DNA from: an uncultured Rikenellaceae bacterium | GTDB taxonomy: Bacteria; Bacteroidota; Bacteroidia; Bacteroidales; VadinHA17 | DNA length: 64,000 bases | Assembly (NCBI GenBank): GCA_963818525.1 | Contig: CAWFSO010000002.1 | Location: 1,097,337-1,161,336 of the forward strand | Direction of reading: 5' to 3' | Shown: piece by piece, positions 43,180 to 51,923 of the stretch | How the letters are laid out: each line of letters opens with the position of its first letter | How positions within the stretch are numbered: the first letter of the stretch is position 1 | The notes under the pieces: generated by a model | Database searches by the model: none | What the model saw: only the letters and a program-made list of their open reading frames with translations | What the model was told of the DNA's origin: nothing | Translations under genes and position numbers: made by a program

Positions 43180-44745
43180 ATGAAAAAACCTTTCACTACC
43201 GCAAGGATTGCGCTTATCACCGCACTCCTTTTTGCAATGATAATGCCGGTCTCCTCACAGGAGGTGGCCGTAGACCTGCAGATGGTTTACAAGATCAGGC
43301 AGGAAGGACAGCGAAACTCTGATATTGAAAATCTTGCATACATCATGACCGATCTCGCCGGTCCCCGTCTTACAGGTTCGCCTGGCCTAGACCGCGCCAA
43401 TGAGATCGCCAGGGCGAAGCTCTCGGAATACGGCCTCACCAATGTGCGCATTGAGACGGTGAGTGAGTTCAGCCGCGGCGGCTGGGATTATTCAAAGGCC
43501 TATGCCGCCATGACCGCACCCTATTACAATAACTTCTCTGTCACTCCGGTAGCCTGGACCTCAGGCACCAGCGGACTGATAAAAGGCGAGGTCATCCTTG
43601 TCGACATAAAGAAGATCGAAGATATTGAACAGTACCGCGGCAAACTCAAGGGCAGGATAATCATGACACCTTCCGCATCCCAGTATGAGGTCAGCTTCGA
43701 GCCTCTTGCCAAAAGACTCACCGATGAGGATCTGGAACAAATTTCAATGGTTTCTGCCGGGGGTGCTCCTTCGCGCAGGGTGATGGGTGACTACATGGCC
43801 ATGCGCGAATTGCGCAGCAAGATCACCGAGTTCCTGCGCACCGAGGAGGTGCTGATGATCATCAGCCAGGGCAATGCCTTCAACGTACCGCGTTCGTCAG
43901 GCGCCTCGTATGACGGTAAAGGACAGCCCCCGGTTACCGAGATAAACATTCCCATGGAGCCTTACGGCCGCATGGAGCGTATGCTTAAACGCGGAGAGAA
44001 GGTTGAGGTTGAGGCTGAGATAAAGGCTGATTTCATCCCCGGAAAGAGCGTTTACAACGTCATTGCCGAGATCCCGGGAACTGATCCCAAACTCAAGGAC
44101 CAGGTTGTGCTGCTGGGTGCTCACATCGACGCATGGCATGGCGGTACGGGTGCTGCGGACAATGCTTCAGGCTGCATAGTGATGATGGAGGCCCTCAGGA
44201 TCCTCAAGGCTCTGGATGTGAAGCCAAGACGCACGATACGCATTGCGCTCTGGGGAGGCGAAGAAGCCGGGCTGCTCGGATCAAGGGGTTATGTCTCACA
44301 ATACCTGTTTGACAGGGAAAAGAATGAAAAGAAGCCTGGTTACGACAAGTTCTCAGTCTATTTCAACATGGATAACGGAACAGGCCGCTACCGGGGGATC
44401 TACCTCCAGGAGAACAACCTTGTCCGTCCCCTCTTCGAGGAGTGGATGGAGCCGATGGCGGACATGGGTTTCAACACCATTGCCATACGGAATACCGGAG
44501 GCACTGACCATCAGAGCTTTGACGGAGCGGGCCTGCCGGGGTTCCAGTTCATCCAGGATGAGATCGAATACGGGCGCGGTTACCACACCCTGGCCGACAC
44601 ATGGGAGCGTCTGCTCCTGCCCGACCTGAGGCACAATGCGATTATAACTGCGTGGTTTGCATGGAACGCAGCAATGGATGATAACCTTGTGCCCCGCAAG
44701 CCTGAGATGAAGTCGACCCAGCAGAGGTCGCCCTACGGCTTCTGA
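43180..44745 (+). CDS. Exported M28-family aminopeptidase
   Basis: Signal peptide MKKPFTTARIALITALLFAMIMPVSSQ, plus HIDAWH, GAADNASGC and GGEEAGLLGS motifs. ATG 43180 is preferred over 43117. Confidence 0.85.
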   Translation: MKKPFTTARIALITALLFAMIMPVSSQEVAVDLQMVYKIRQEGQRNSDIENLAYIMTDLAGPRLTGSPGLDRANEIARAKLSEYGLTNVRIETVSEFSRGGWDYSKAYAAMTAPYYNNFSVTPVAWTSGTSGLIKGEVILVDIKKIEDIEQYRGKLKGRIIMTPSASQYEVSFEPLAKRLTDEDLEQISMVSAGGAPSRRVMGDYMAMRELRSKITEFLRTEEVLMIISQGNAFNVPRSSGASYDGKGQPPVTEINIPMEPYGRMERMLKRGEKVEVEAEIKADFIPGKSVYNVIAEIPGTDPKLKDQVVLLGAHIDAWHGGTGAADNASGCIVMMEALRILKALDVKPRRTIRIALWGGEEAGLLGSRGYVSQYLFDREKNEKKPGYDKFSVYFNMDNGTGRYRGIYLQENNLVRPLFEEWMEPMADMGFNTIAIRNTGGTDHQSFDGAGLPGFQFIQDEIEYGRGYHTLADTWERLLLPDLRHNAIITAWFAWNAAMDDNLVPRKPEMKSTQQRSPYGF

Positions 44746-44780
44746 ACTATTACTGTTTTTCAATTCTGTTAATAACAGCA

Positions 44781-44811
44781 GAGTCCCGCAAAATTGCGGG
44801 ACTCTCTTTTT
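44781..44811 (+). terminator. Intrinsic terminator
   Basis: GAGTCCCGC-aaaatt-GCGGGACTC followed by tcttttt. Confidence 0.8.
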
Positions 44812-44877
44812 GTCCGGGGGTGCCGTCAGACACCTCCGTTTTATCTCTCCGTCAGGAGAAAAGTATATGATCAGTGA

Positions 44878-47022
44878 CTATTTTGCCTTACCCTCGAGGT
44901 CAAGTATGAATGCATATTCCAGGGCGACGGTTTTCAGACGCTCGAAGCGGCCTGAGGCGCCACCGTGGCCTGCGGTCATATTGACATCCATGATGAGGAT
45001 GTTGTCGTCGGTTTTCTTGTCGCGAAGTTTGGCAACCCACTTGGCCGGCTCCCAGTACTGCACCTGTGAATCCCAGTAGCCCGTTGTTACCAGCATGTTG
45101 GGATACTCCTGCTCCTTCACCTGGTCATAGGGTGAGTATGAGAGCATATAGTCATAGTACTCCTGCTTGCGCGGATCGCCCCACTCATCCCATTCAAATG
45201 TTGTCAGGGGGATGGTTGCATCAAGCATGGTGCTTACGACATCGACGAAGGGCACCTGTGCGATGATGCCGTTATAGAGCTGCGGTTCCATGTTGACGAT
45301 TGCACCCATCAGGAGCCCGCCGGCACTGCCGCCCTGGGCATAGAGGTGTTCAGGTGAGGTGTATTTCTCATCGATGAGGAATCTTGCGCAGTCGTTGAAG
45401 TCGGTGAAGGTGTTGATCTTATTCAGCAGCTTGCCGTCTTCGTACCACTGGCGACCCATCTCGCTTCCACCCCTGATATGGGCAAGGGCATAGACAAAGC
45501 CACGGTCAAGAAGGCTGATGACGGATGAGCGGAACGAAGGGTTGGTTGAGCTTCCGTACGAACCGTATGAATAAAGCAGCATCGGGGCTGTGCCATCCTG
45601 CACAAATCCCTTGCGGTATACAAGCGATATCGGGACCATTGTTCCGTCAGCGGCTTTTGCCCACAGGCGCTTCGACTCATAGTTATTGCTGTCAAACCCG
45701 CCAAGCACACTGTCCTGCTTCAGCAGCACCTTTGTCTTTGCAGTCATGTCATAATCGAAGACCGAATTAGGGGTGGTCAGTGATGAGTAGCTGTAACGGA
45801 GAAGGGTTGTGGCGGCGTTGGGATTGATACTGATACCGGCAGTGTATGTCTCCTCTCCGAAATCGAGGAAATGCTCTGATCCGTCAGTGAGACCGATGAT
45901 GCGGAGGTTAGTGAGCCCTTTGATCCTTTCTTCTGCAACGAGGAAATTATCAAAGATCTCATAGCCCTCCAGAAGCACATCCGTCCGGTGGGGTATGACC
46001 TCTGTCCAGTTATTCTTACCAATCTTATTGTCAGCACATTTCATCAGTTTGAAATTCTTTGCACTGTCAGCGTTGGTCATTATATAAAACTGGCCGTTAA
46101 GGTGTTCTACTGAGTAGAGACGGTCTACAGAGCGGGGCTCGAAGACTGTCACCTTGCCATCAGGTTTATCGGCCTCAATGAGGCGAACCTCGGTAGTGAG
46201 GGTCTGGCTTGAGGTGATGGTTATATATTTTTTGCTCTTTGTCTTGCCCAGGTAGACTGAGAATGTCTCGTCAGTCTCATCAAATACAACCTTGTCTTCG
46301 GTGACCGGAGTACCGAGAACATGCTTCATGATAACGGCTGCCCTGAGGGTCTCAGGATCCTTCTTCACGTAGAAGAGAGTCTTGTTGTCGGCTGCCCAGA
46401 CGCCCTCGCTGGTCGTATTGGCGATCTCGTCAGGGAGGAGTTCACCGGTGTTAAGGTCCTTCACATAAATGGTATACTGTCTGCGGCTGACGTGGTCAAC
46501 GCCATAGGCGAGCAGGTTATTATCAGGGGAGACGGCGCCTCCTCCGACACTTGTGAAATCGTGTCCTTCGGCGAGGAGGTTGACATCAAGCATCACTTCG
46601 GGTGTTTCGGTACCGTCTTTTCTTCTGTACATTACGGGATACTCTTTGCCCTCGAAGTATTTGGTATGATACCAGTAGCCGTTATCGAGGTAAGGAACCG
46701 ACTCATCGTCTTCCTTTATGCGTCCCTTTATCTCTTCAAAGAGCTGCAACTGGAAGGCTTCGGTATGTTTCATCATAGCGTCGGCGTAATCATTCTCTGC
46801 ATTCAGGTAGGCAAGTACCTTTACAGTCTGTGAGTCAGGCGTTTCGGCGTTCTTCTGTTCATCGCTCAGGCGCATCCAGAAGTAATCGTCGACACGTTCG
46901 TTGCCGTTGCTTTCAACGACGAACGGGATTTTCTCAGCCACGGGGGGCTGGGGTTTTTTGCCGCATGATGCCAGCACGAGAACCATGGTGGCGGCGGAGA
47001 GGAGGAAAATAGTCTTTTTCAT
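44878..47022 (-). CDS. ptrB: Oligopeptidase B / S9A prolyl oligopeptidase family serine peptidase
   Basis: N-terminal beta-propeller, C-terminal alpha/beta hydrolase with GGSAGGLL nucleophile elbow, lipoprotein-like signal (LASCG). Confidence 0.85.
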   Translation of the reverse strand: MKKTIFLLSAATMVLVLASCGKKPQPPVAEKIPFVVESNGNERVDDYFWMRLSDEQKNAETPDSQTVKVLAYLNAENDYADAMMKHTEAFQLQLFEEIKGRIKEDDESVPYLDNGYWYHTKYFEGKEYPVMYRRKDGTETPEVMLDVNLLAEGHDFTSVGGGAVSPDNNLLAYGVDHVSRRQYTIYVKDLNTGELLPDEIANTTSEGVWAADNKTLFYVKKDPETLRAAVIMKHVLGTPVTEDKVVFDETDETFSVYLGKTKSKKYITITSSQTLTTEVRLIEADKPDGKVTVFEPRSVDRLYSVEHLNGQFYIMTNADSAKNFKLMKCADNKIGKNNWTEVIPHRTDVLLEGYEIFDNFLVAEERIKGLTNLRIIGLTDGSEHFLDFGEETYTAGISINPNAATTLLRYSYSSLTTPNSVFDYDMTAKTKVLLKQDSVLGGFDSNNYESKRLWAKAADGTMVPISLVYRKGFVQDGTAPMLLYSYGSYGSSTNPSFRSSVISLLDRGFVYALAHIRGGSEMGRQWYEDGKLLNKINTFTDFNDCARFLIDEKYTSPEHLYAQGGSAGGLLMGAIVNMEPQLYNGIIAQVPFVDVVSTMLDATIPLTTFEWDEWGDPRKQEYYDYMLSYSPYDQVKEQEYPNMLVTTGYWDSQVQYWEPAKWVAKLRDKKTDDNILIMDVNMTAGHGGASGRFERLKTVALEYAFILDLEGKAK

Positions 47023-47063
47023 AAAAATTATTTCTGGTTAATATGTTTTTCTATGTAAGTATG

Positions 47064-47150
47064 AAGTCGAAAGTCCGTAAAGTCCATAAAGTCCAAAGTC
47101 CTTAAAGTCCAAAGTCCGTAAAGTCGAAAGTCCGTAAAGTCGAAAGTCCG
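47064..47150. repeat. Tandem array of AAAGTC(C/G) heptamers, alternately separated by 0 or 2 nt (11 units)
   Basis: Read directly. Located between the tex stop and the ptrB start. The same unit type appears at 784-809. Confidence 0.9.
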
Positions 47151-47205
47151 TGCAGCCGTACGGTCTTACTGTCTTTCGGTCTTGCTGTCTAAGCTACTGA
47201 TTATC

Positions 47206-47245
47206 AATTCTTAATTCTTAATTCTTAACTCTTAATTCTTAATTT
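47206..47245. repeat. Tandem heptamer array AATTCTT x5 (one AACTCTT variant) plus a partial unit
   Basis: Read directly. The tex stop codon (47239-47241) lies inside the last full unit. Confidence 0.9.
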
Positions 47246-49404
47246 CTATCTCTGCCGGCTGCCGACTGTGGACTGCCGACTCCTTTCATTGACAGTTGTA
47301 TACGCTTCCGTTCCAGGTCAACGCTCACAACCTTTACAATGAGGTGCTGATGCAGTTTGACCACCTTTGACGGGTCGTCAACATAGCGGTCTGCCATCTG
47401 GGAGACATGCACCAGTCCATCCTGTTTCACCCCAATATCGACGAACGCACCGAATTTAGTGATATTTGTTACAATGCCAGGCACAACCATTCCCTCCTTC
47501 ACATCCTCAAGCGAGTGGATATCCGCAAAGCTGAACTCCTGTATCGATGACCGCGGATCGCGGCCCGGTTTTGCCAGTTCCAGCATTATATCCTTCAGTG
47601 TTGGCAGTCCGGCTTCAGGGGTGACATACCTTTCGATTTTTATCGACTTTCGCCTGGCTTCATCGCCTATCAGGTCAGCTACAGTACATCCTGCATCCTT
47701 TGCCATCCTTTCAACTATATGATAGCTCTCAGGGTGCACTGCAGAGGCATCGAGCGGGTTGGCTGCGTTTCTTATCCTGAGGAACCCTGCAGCCTGTTCA
47801 TATGCCTTGTCACCCATCCGTTTCACCTTCATCAGTCCGGCGCGTGAACGGAAGGGACCGTTCTCCGTGCGATGGTCTACGATGTTCTGTGCGAGCTTGG
47901 GTCCCAATCCGGAGACGTAGGTCAGAAGGTGGGGGCTGGCGGTGTTCACCTCCACTCCCACGGCGTTGACGCATGACATCACCACCTCGTCGAGGCTGGT
48001 CTGCAGCCTTGTCTGGTCGACATCATGCTGGTACTGTCCGACGCCTATCGATTTCGGGTCTATCTTCACCAGCTCCGCCAGCGGGTCCATGAGTCGGCGG
48101 CCGATGGAGACGGCGCCGCGCACCGTGACGTCATGATCGGGGAACTCATCACGGGCTGTCTTTGAAGCTGAATATACTGATGCGCCCGCTTCGCTGACCA
48201 CGTATATTTTTACGGGTGAGCCAGGTGGCATATACTGTCTGATAAACTCCTCCGTCTCGCGGCTGGCAGTGCCGTTACCTATTGCTATGGCCTCCACGCT
48301 GAACTTATCGATCAGCGAGAGCATTTTGCTGACGCTGCGGGCTGTCTCGTTCTGTGGCGGGTGTGGGTAGATTACGTCATTGTGAAGCATTGCCCCCTGC
48401 CTGTCGAGGCATACTATTTTACAGCCTGTGCGGAACCCCGGGTCGAGGGCAAGGACGCTCTTCTCGCCCAGAGGCGGAGAGAGCAGCAACTGCCGCAGGT
48501 TGTCGGCGAAGACGCGTATGGCCTCCTCGTCAGCCTTTTCCTTTGATGTTTTTCTGAACTCAGTCTCCATGGACGGTGCCAGCAGGCGGCTCCAGCTGTC
48601 GGCGACAGCCTCCCGCACCAGGCGGGCGGCGGCATTGTTTGCCTTGACGAACACCTTTTCCACCGTCTGTTTAGCCTCATCCTCAGCGGGCATTATCGTA
48701 AGCCTGAGGAAGCCCTCCTCCTCACCGCGGCGCATGGCCAGCAGCCGGTGTGAGGGACAGCGGCGCAGGGGTTCTGACCAGTCGAAGTAGTCTCTGAACT
48801 TGTTCCCCTCCTCCTCCTTTCCCTTCACCCCTCTGGAGGTGATGACGGCATCACGTTCATACAGTCTTCTCAATGAGCCGCGCACCAGCTCATTCTCGCT
48901 GACCATCTCCGCGATGATATCGCATGCTCCTGTCAGGGCAGCATCGGTGGTCTCCACCGCATCACCCAGGTATTTTTCCGCTTCCAGCTGCGGGTCTCCC
49001 GGCAATTGCTCAAGCAGCCACATCGCCAGAGGCTCAAGGCCCTTTTCGCGGGCTACGGAGGCACGTGTCTTTCTCTTAGGCCTGTAGGGAAGGTACAGAT
49101 CCTCGAGCTGCGAGATCGTGAGGGCAGCATTGATCTTCGCCAGCAGTTCCGGCGTCATCTTCTCCTGCTCTTCGACCGATTTGATTATCGCCTCCCTCCT
49201 CTTGTCGAGCTCCCTAAGCCTCTCGTACTCGTCGCGGATCTCCGCGAGCTGAACCTCATTGAGGCTGCCGGTGACCTCCTTTCGGTAGCGGCTGATAAAG
49301 GGTATAGTGGCTCCGTCGTCAAGAAGACGCAGGGTGTTCTCCACCTGCCAGTCGTGCAGCTGGAGCTTCTGTGCAATTATTTTTATATGTGCTGCAGGAT
49401 CCAT
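47239..49404 (-). CDS. tex: Transcription accessory protein Tex (S1 RNA-binding domain protein)
   Basis: 721 aa. N-terminal Tex HTH region (TIPFISRYRKE), YqgF-like and HhH domains, C-terminal S1 domain (GIVTNITKFGAFVDIG). Confidence 0.92.
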   Translation of the reverse strand: MDPAAHIKIIAQKLQLHDWQVENTLRLLDDGATIPFISRYRKEVTGSLNEVQLAEIRDEYERLRELDKRREAIIKSVEEQEKMTPELLAKINAALTISQLEDLYLPYRPKRKTRASVAREKGLEPLAMWLLEQLPGDPQLEAEKYLGDAVETTDAALTGACDIIAEMVSENELVRGSLRRLYERDAVITSRGVKGKEEEGNKFRDYFDWSEPLRRCPSHRLLAMRRGEEEGFLRLTIMPAEDEAKQTVEKVFVKANNAAARLVREAVADSWSRLLAPSMETEFRKTSKEKADEEAIRVFADNLRQLLLSPPLGEKSVLALDPGFRTGCKIVCLDRQGAMLHNDVIYPHPPQNETARSVSKMLSLIDKFSVEAIAIGNGTASRETEEFIRQYMPPGSPVKIYVVSEAGASVYSASKTARDEFPDHDVTVRGAVSIGRRLMDPLAELVKIDPKSIGVGQYQHDVDQTRLQTSLDEVVMSCVNAVGVEVNTASPHLLTYVSGLGPKLAQNIVDHRTENGPFRSRAGLMKVKRMGDKAYEQAAGFLRIRNAANPLDASAVHPESYHIVERMAKDAGCTVADLIGDEARRKSIKIERYVTPEAGLPTLKDIMLELAKPGRDPRSSIQEFSFADIHSLEDVKEGMVVPGIVTNITKFGAFVDIGVKQDGLVHVSQMADRYVDDPSKVVKLHQHLIVKVVSVDLERKRIQLSMKGVGSPQSAAGRDRN

Positions 49405-49409
49405 AATGT

Positions 49410-50594
49410 CTATTCAACATAGAGCACCAGTCCTTTGAGGTATTCGCTCTCGGGGTGGTAAATATTCACCGGGTGGTCGGCCGGCTGTCCTGTCTGGTGG
49501 ATTATCCTCACGTTACGTCCGGTGTTGGCTGCAGCGACAAAGACAGAGCGTCTGAAGTCGTCACGGCTTACCACCTGGGAACAGGAATATGTAAAGAGAA
49601 TTCCGCCCGGTTTTATTTTCTGTAATGCAATGGCATTCAGCCTTCTGTAACCCTGCAGGGCTTTATCAAGGGCAGTCTGGTGCTTTGCGAAGGCCGGGGG
49701 ATCGAGCACCATGAGATCATATTCGTGCTTCATTTCCGCCAGGAAGCTGAAGGCGTCGGTTGCAAACGATCTGTGTCGCGGATCATCGCCGAAGTTCAGG
49801 CTGACGTTTTCATCAGCCATCTTCGTGGCAGAGGCCGAGCTGTCTACCGTATGGACCAGGGCGGCGTTGCTCATTGCATAGACCGAAAAACCGCCGGTGT
49901 ATCCGAACATATTGAGGACATTTCTTCCCTTGCTATACTGGCGCAGGAGGCTGCGGTTGTCGCGCTGGTCGATGAAAAAACCAGTCTTCTGTCCCTTCTC
50001 CCAGTTGACCCTGAACTTAAATCCGTTCTCCTTCACTATGGCACTGCTGCCGGCATTCTCTCCGGTCAGGTACCCGTTGACAGGTTCCAGTCTGGCCATG
50101 AAGGGCACTGTGCCCTCGCTCTTGTTATAAACCGATTTAACAAGGCCGTTTGTTATTTCCGGCAGTAAACCGGCTATCATCTCACGCAGATGCCAGAATC
50201 CGGCAGTATGCGCCTGGATCACGGCCACGCTGCCGTAAATATCGATTATCAGTCCGGGCAGGCCATCGCCCTCGCCATGTACCAGTCTCCATACGTCAGT
50301 GTCATCACTGCCGGCAATCCCGGTGTTAATCCGGTATTGCAGTGCATCAGCGAGTTTTTTCCGGTAGAATTCCCGGTCGGGCTCGCATCGTGTGAAGGAG
50401 AATATCCTTACTGCTATCGATCCCGGCGACCAGTGTCCGGTAGCCAGGTAAGTGTCGTCAGATGCGTAGACCTCAACGGTGTCACCCTCGGCCGGTGATC
50501 CTTTCCTTGATTCTATGGCTCCGGAGAAGATCCACGGATGGTATCGTCTTACCGACTGGTCTTTTCCTTTTTTAAGGATTATCCGTGCTGGCAT
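49410..50594 (-). CDS. rlmI: 23S rRNA (cytosine1962-C5)-methyltransferase RlmI-like
   Basis: N-terminus MPARIILKKGKDQSVRRYHPWIFSGAI, PUA plus class I SAM-MTase (NMFGYTGGFS, DPPAF). ATG 50594 is preferred over 50663. Confidence 0.85.
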   Translation of the reverse strand: MPARIILKKGKDQSVRRYHPWIFSGAIESRKGSPAEGDTVEVYASDDTYLATGHWSPGSIAVRIFSFTRCEPDREFYRKKLADALQYRINTGIAGSDDTDVWRLVHGEGDGLPGLIIDIYGSVAVIQAHTAGFWHLREMIAGLLPEITNGLVKSVYNKSEGTVPFMARLEPVNGYLTGENAGSSAIVKENGFKFRVNWEKGQKTGFFIDQRDNRSLLRQYSKGRNVLNMFGYTGGFSVYAMSNAALVHTVDSSASATKMADENVSLNFGDDPRHRSFATDAFSFLAEMKHEYDLMVLDPPAFAKHQTALDKALQGYRRLNAIALQKIKPGGILFTYSCSQVVSRDDFRRSVFVAAANTGRNVRIIHQTGQPADHPVNIYHPESEYLKGLVLYVE

Positions 50595-51213
50595 CGTTAT
50601 GTTGCTGTTGGTGACTTTCTTTTCCGTTGAGTGCCAGGTATATGCGTCTGCATACCCAGGCATCTGTAGCTGCGTAAAGCTGTTGTGGTTCCGTAAGCTC
50701 CGCTGCTTCCCAGTTGGATGTCTGCTGTGATTTGGAGATTGAATACCCGAGGATAATGGCCGAGAGTTTTTTCAGTCCCAGCTGTTTAAAGCCCCGTGCG
50801 GCAACCACCGTCTGCAGGTCTACAAAACCCCTCGGTTCAAAGGATGCCAGGGAGCGAAGGGCCTTTATATCGTCATGAATGGCCACCCCTGTTTTTATGA
50901 TCTCCTTATCAGCCAGCAGGGCAGTCAGTTCCGGAGGCAATCCTATCATGTTGAGTCTGAAGAGCCATGCCCGCGTGTCGTCGGCCAGTTGCAGAAGTGA
51001 TACCTTATATCTGTTTCCTTTTTTGAAAGAGGGCCGTGTCTCCGTATCAAATCCCAGGATAGCCGGCTTGCCAATCTCACCTATCACCCGGTGGAACTTC
51101 TGCATGCTGTCAACAAGAGTCACCCTGCCTTTAAACTGAAGAATGGGCAGTTTTCTCAGTTCATCGTCAGTGACACTTTCACTATATTCTCTCGTCATCA
51201 CCCGGCTGTTCAT
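50572..51213 (-). CDS. 3'-5' exonuclease (DEDDy, RNase D/WRN-exonuclease-like)
   Basis: Exo motifs ILGFDTETRP, AIHDDIKAL and YAATDAW. The start is uncertain (51198, 51213 or 51270). The stop overlaps the rlmI start by 23 nt. Confidence 0.8.
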   Translation of the reverse strand: MNSRVMTREYSESVTDDELRKLPILQFKGRVTLVDSMQKFHRVIGEIGKPAILGFDTETRPSFKKGNRYKVSLLQLADDTRAWLFRLNMIGLPPELTALLADKEIIKTGVAIHDDIKALRSLASFEPRGFVDLQTVVAARGFKQLGLKKLSAIILGYSISKSQQTSNWEAAELTEPQQLYAATDAWVCRRIYLALNGKESHQQQHNDASTDNP

Positions 51214-51742
51214 TTTGTTCCTTCTCCTCTGCCTCGGAATAGAGCACTGAATGGATGGCTGAGAGAACATTCAGCAGTTTCTTTCCCCAGAACTCTTCGA
51301 AATTCATCAGCACCTCCCATACAGCGTCATTCATCACCTCATCATTACCGCTTTTGTAGCCTGCTATGAAGTTTTTAAGATCCTGGTAGATATCTGAGAG
51401 GCTCTCGGCAATGCTTCCGGTATATAGTCCGTCAGCCGGATCACCGGCTGATACTATGACCGGAAAGGGATCATTGTTCCCCATTTTTACAAGAAGGTTG
51501 TCATGCATCCTTGTCCAGTCAAATTCCGTCACGGTCTTTTCACTGCCCTCCTCCAGCAAAGGTTCAAGCATCGGGAGCAGTGATGCCCTGAGGTAGATGA
51601 ACGGCAGGAGTCGCTGCATGACCTTAAGTATCTCAATACCATTTATATCCTTTGTACCCTCGAGGTATTTGCAGTATTCGTTTGCCGAAGCGGCGAACTC
51701 TACCACCTGGCGGGAGTATATTATTTTTTCCTCTTTTTCCAT
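51182..51742 (-). CDS. DUF5063-like protein
   Basis: 186-aa acidic helical protein in the position upstream of the 3'-5' exonuclease gene that I recall as typical of Bacteroidota. Family call is from memory of that synteny. Confidence 0.55.
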   Translation of the reverse strand: MEKEEKIIYSRQVVEFAASANEYCKYLEGTKDINGIEILKVMQRLLPFIYLRASLLPMLEPLLEEGSEKTVTEFDWTRMHDNLLVKMGNNDPFPVIVSAGDPADGLYTGSIAESLSDIYQDLKNFIAGYKSGNDEVMNDAVWEVLMNFEEFWGKKLLNVLSAIHSVLYSEAEEKEQNEQPGDDERI

Positions 51743-51923
51743 TAGCTACAAATAATCGACAAAAGTAGGCATTTCATCCGACTTAATTTATTTTTTTATG
51801 GCCCGGTGGCTTGTTCCGCGCAGCTTGAGAACCCGCATGCCTGGTGAGTAATTTATCTGTGATGTTTATTAACCATGCAGGTTTCAGATCAGCAATAAGG
51901 CAGTACCGGAATATGGCGATCCG

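Noticed and set aside
51743-51923. 181-nt spacer between the recQ stop and the DUF5063-like start, with a 17-codon ORF (MARWLVPRSLRTRMPGE)
   Set aside because: There is no repeat, hairpin, promoter box or conserved-looking motif that I could identify. The mini-ORF has no start context and is likely chance.
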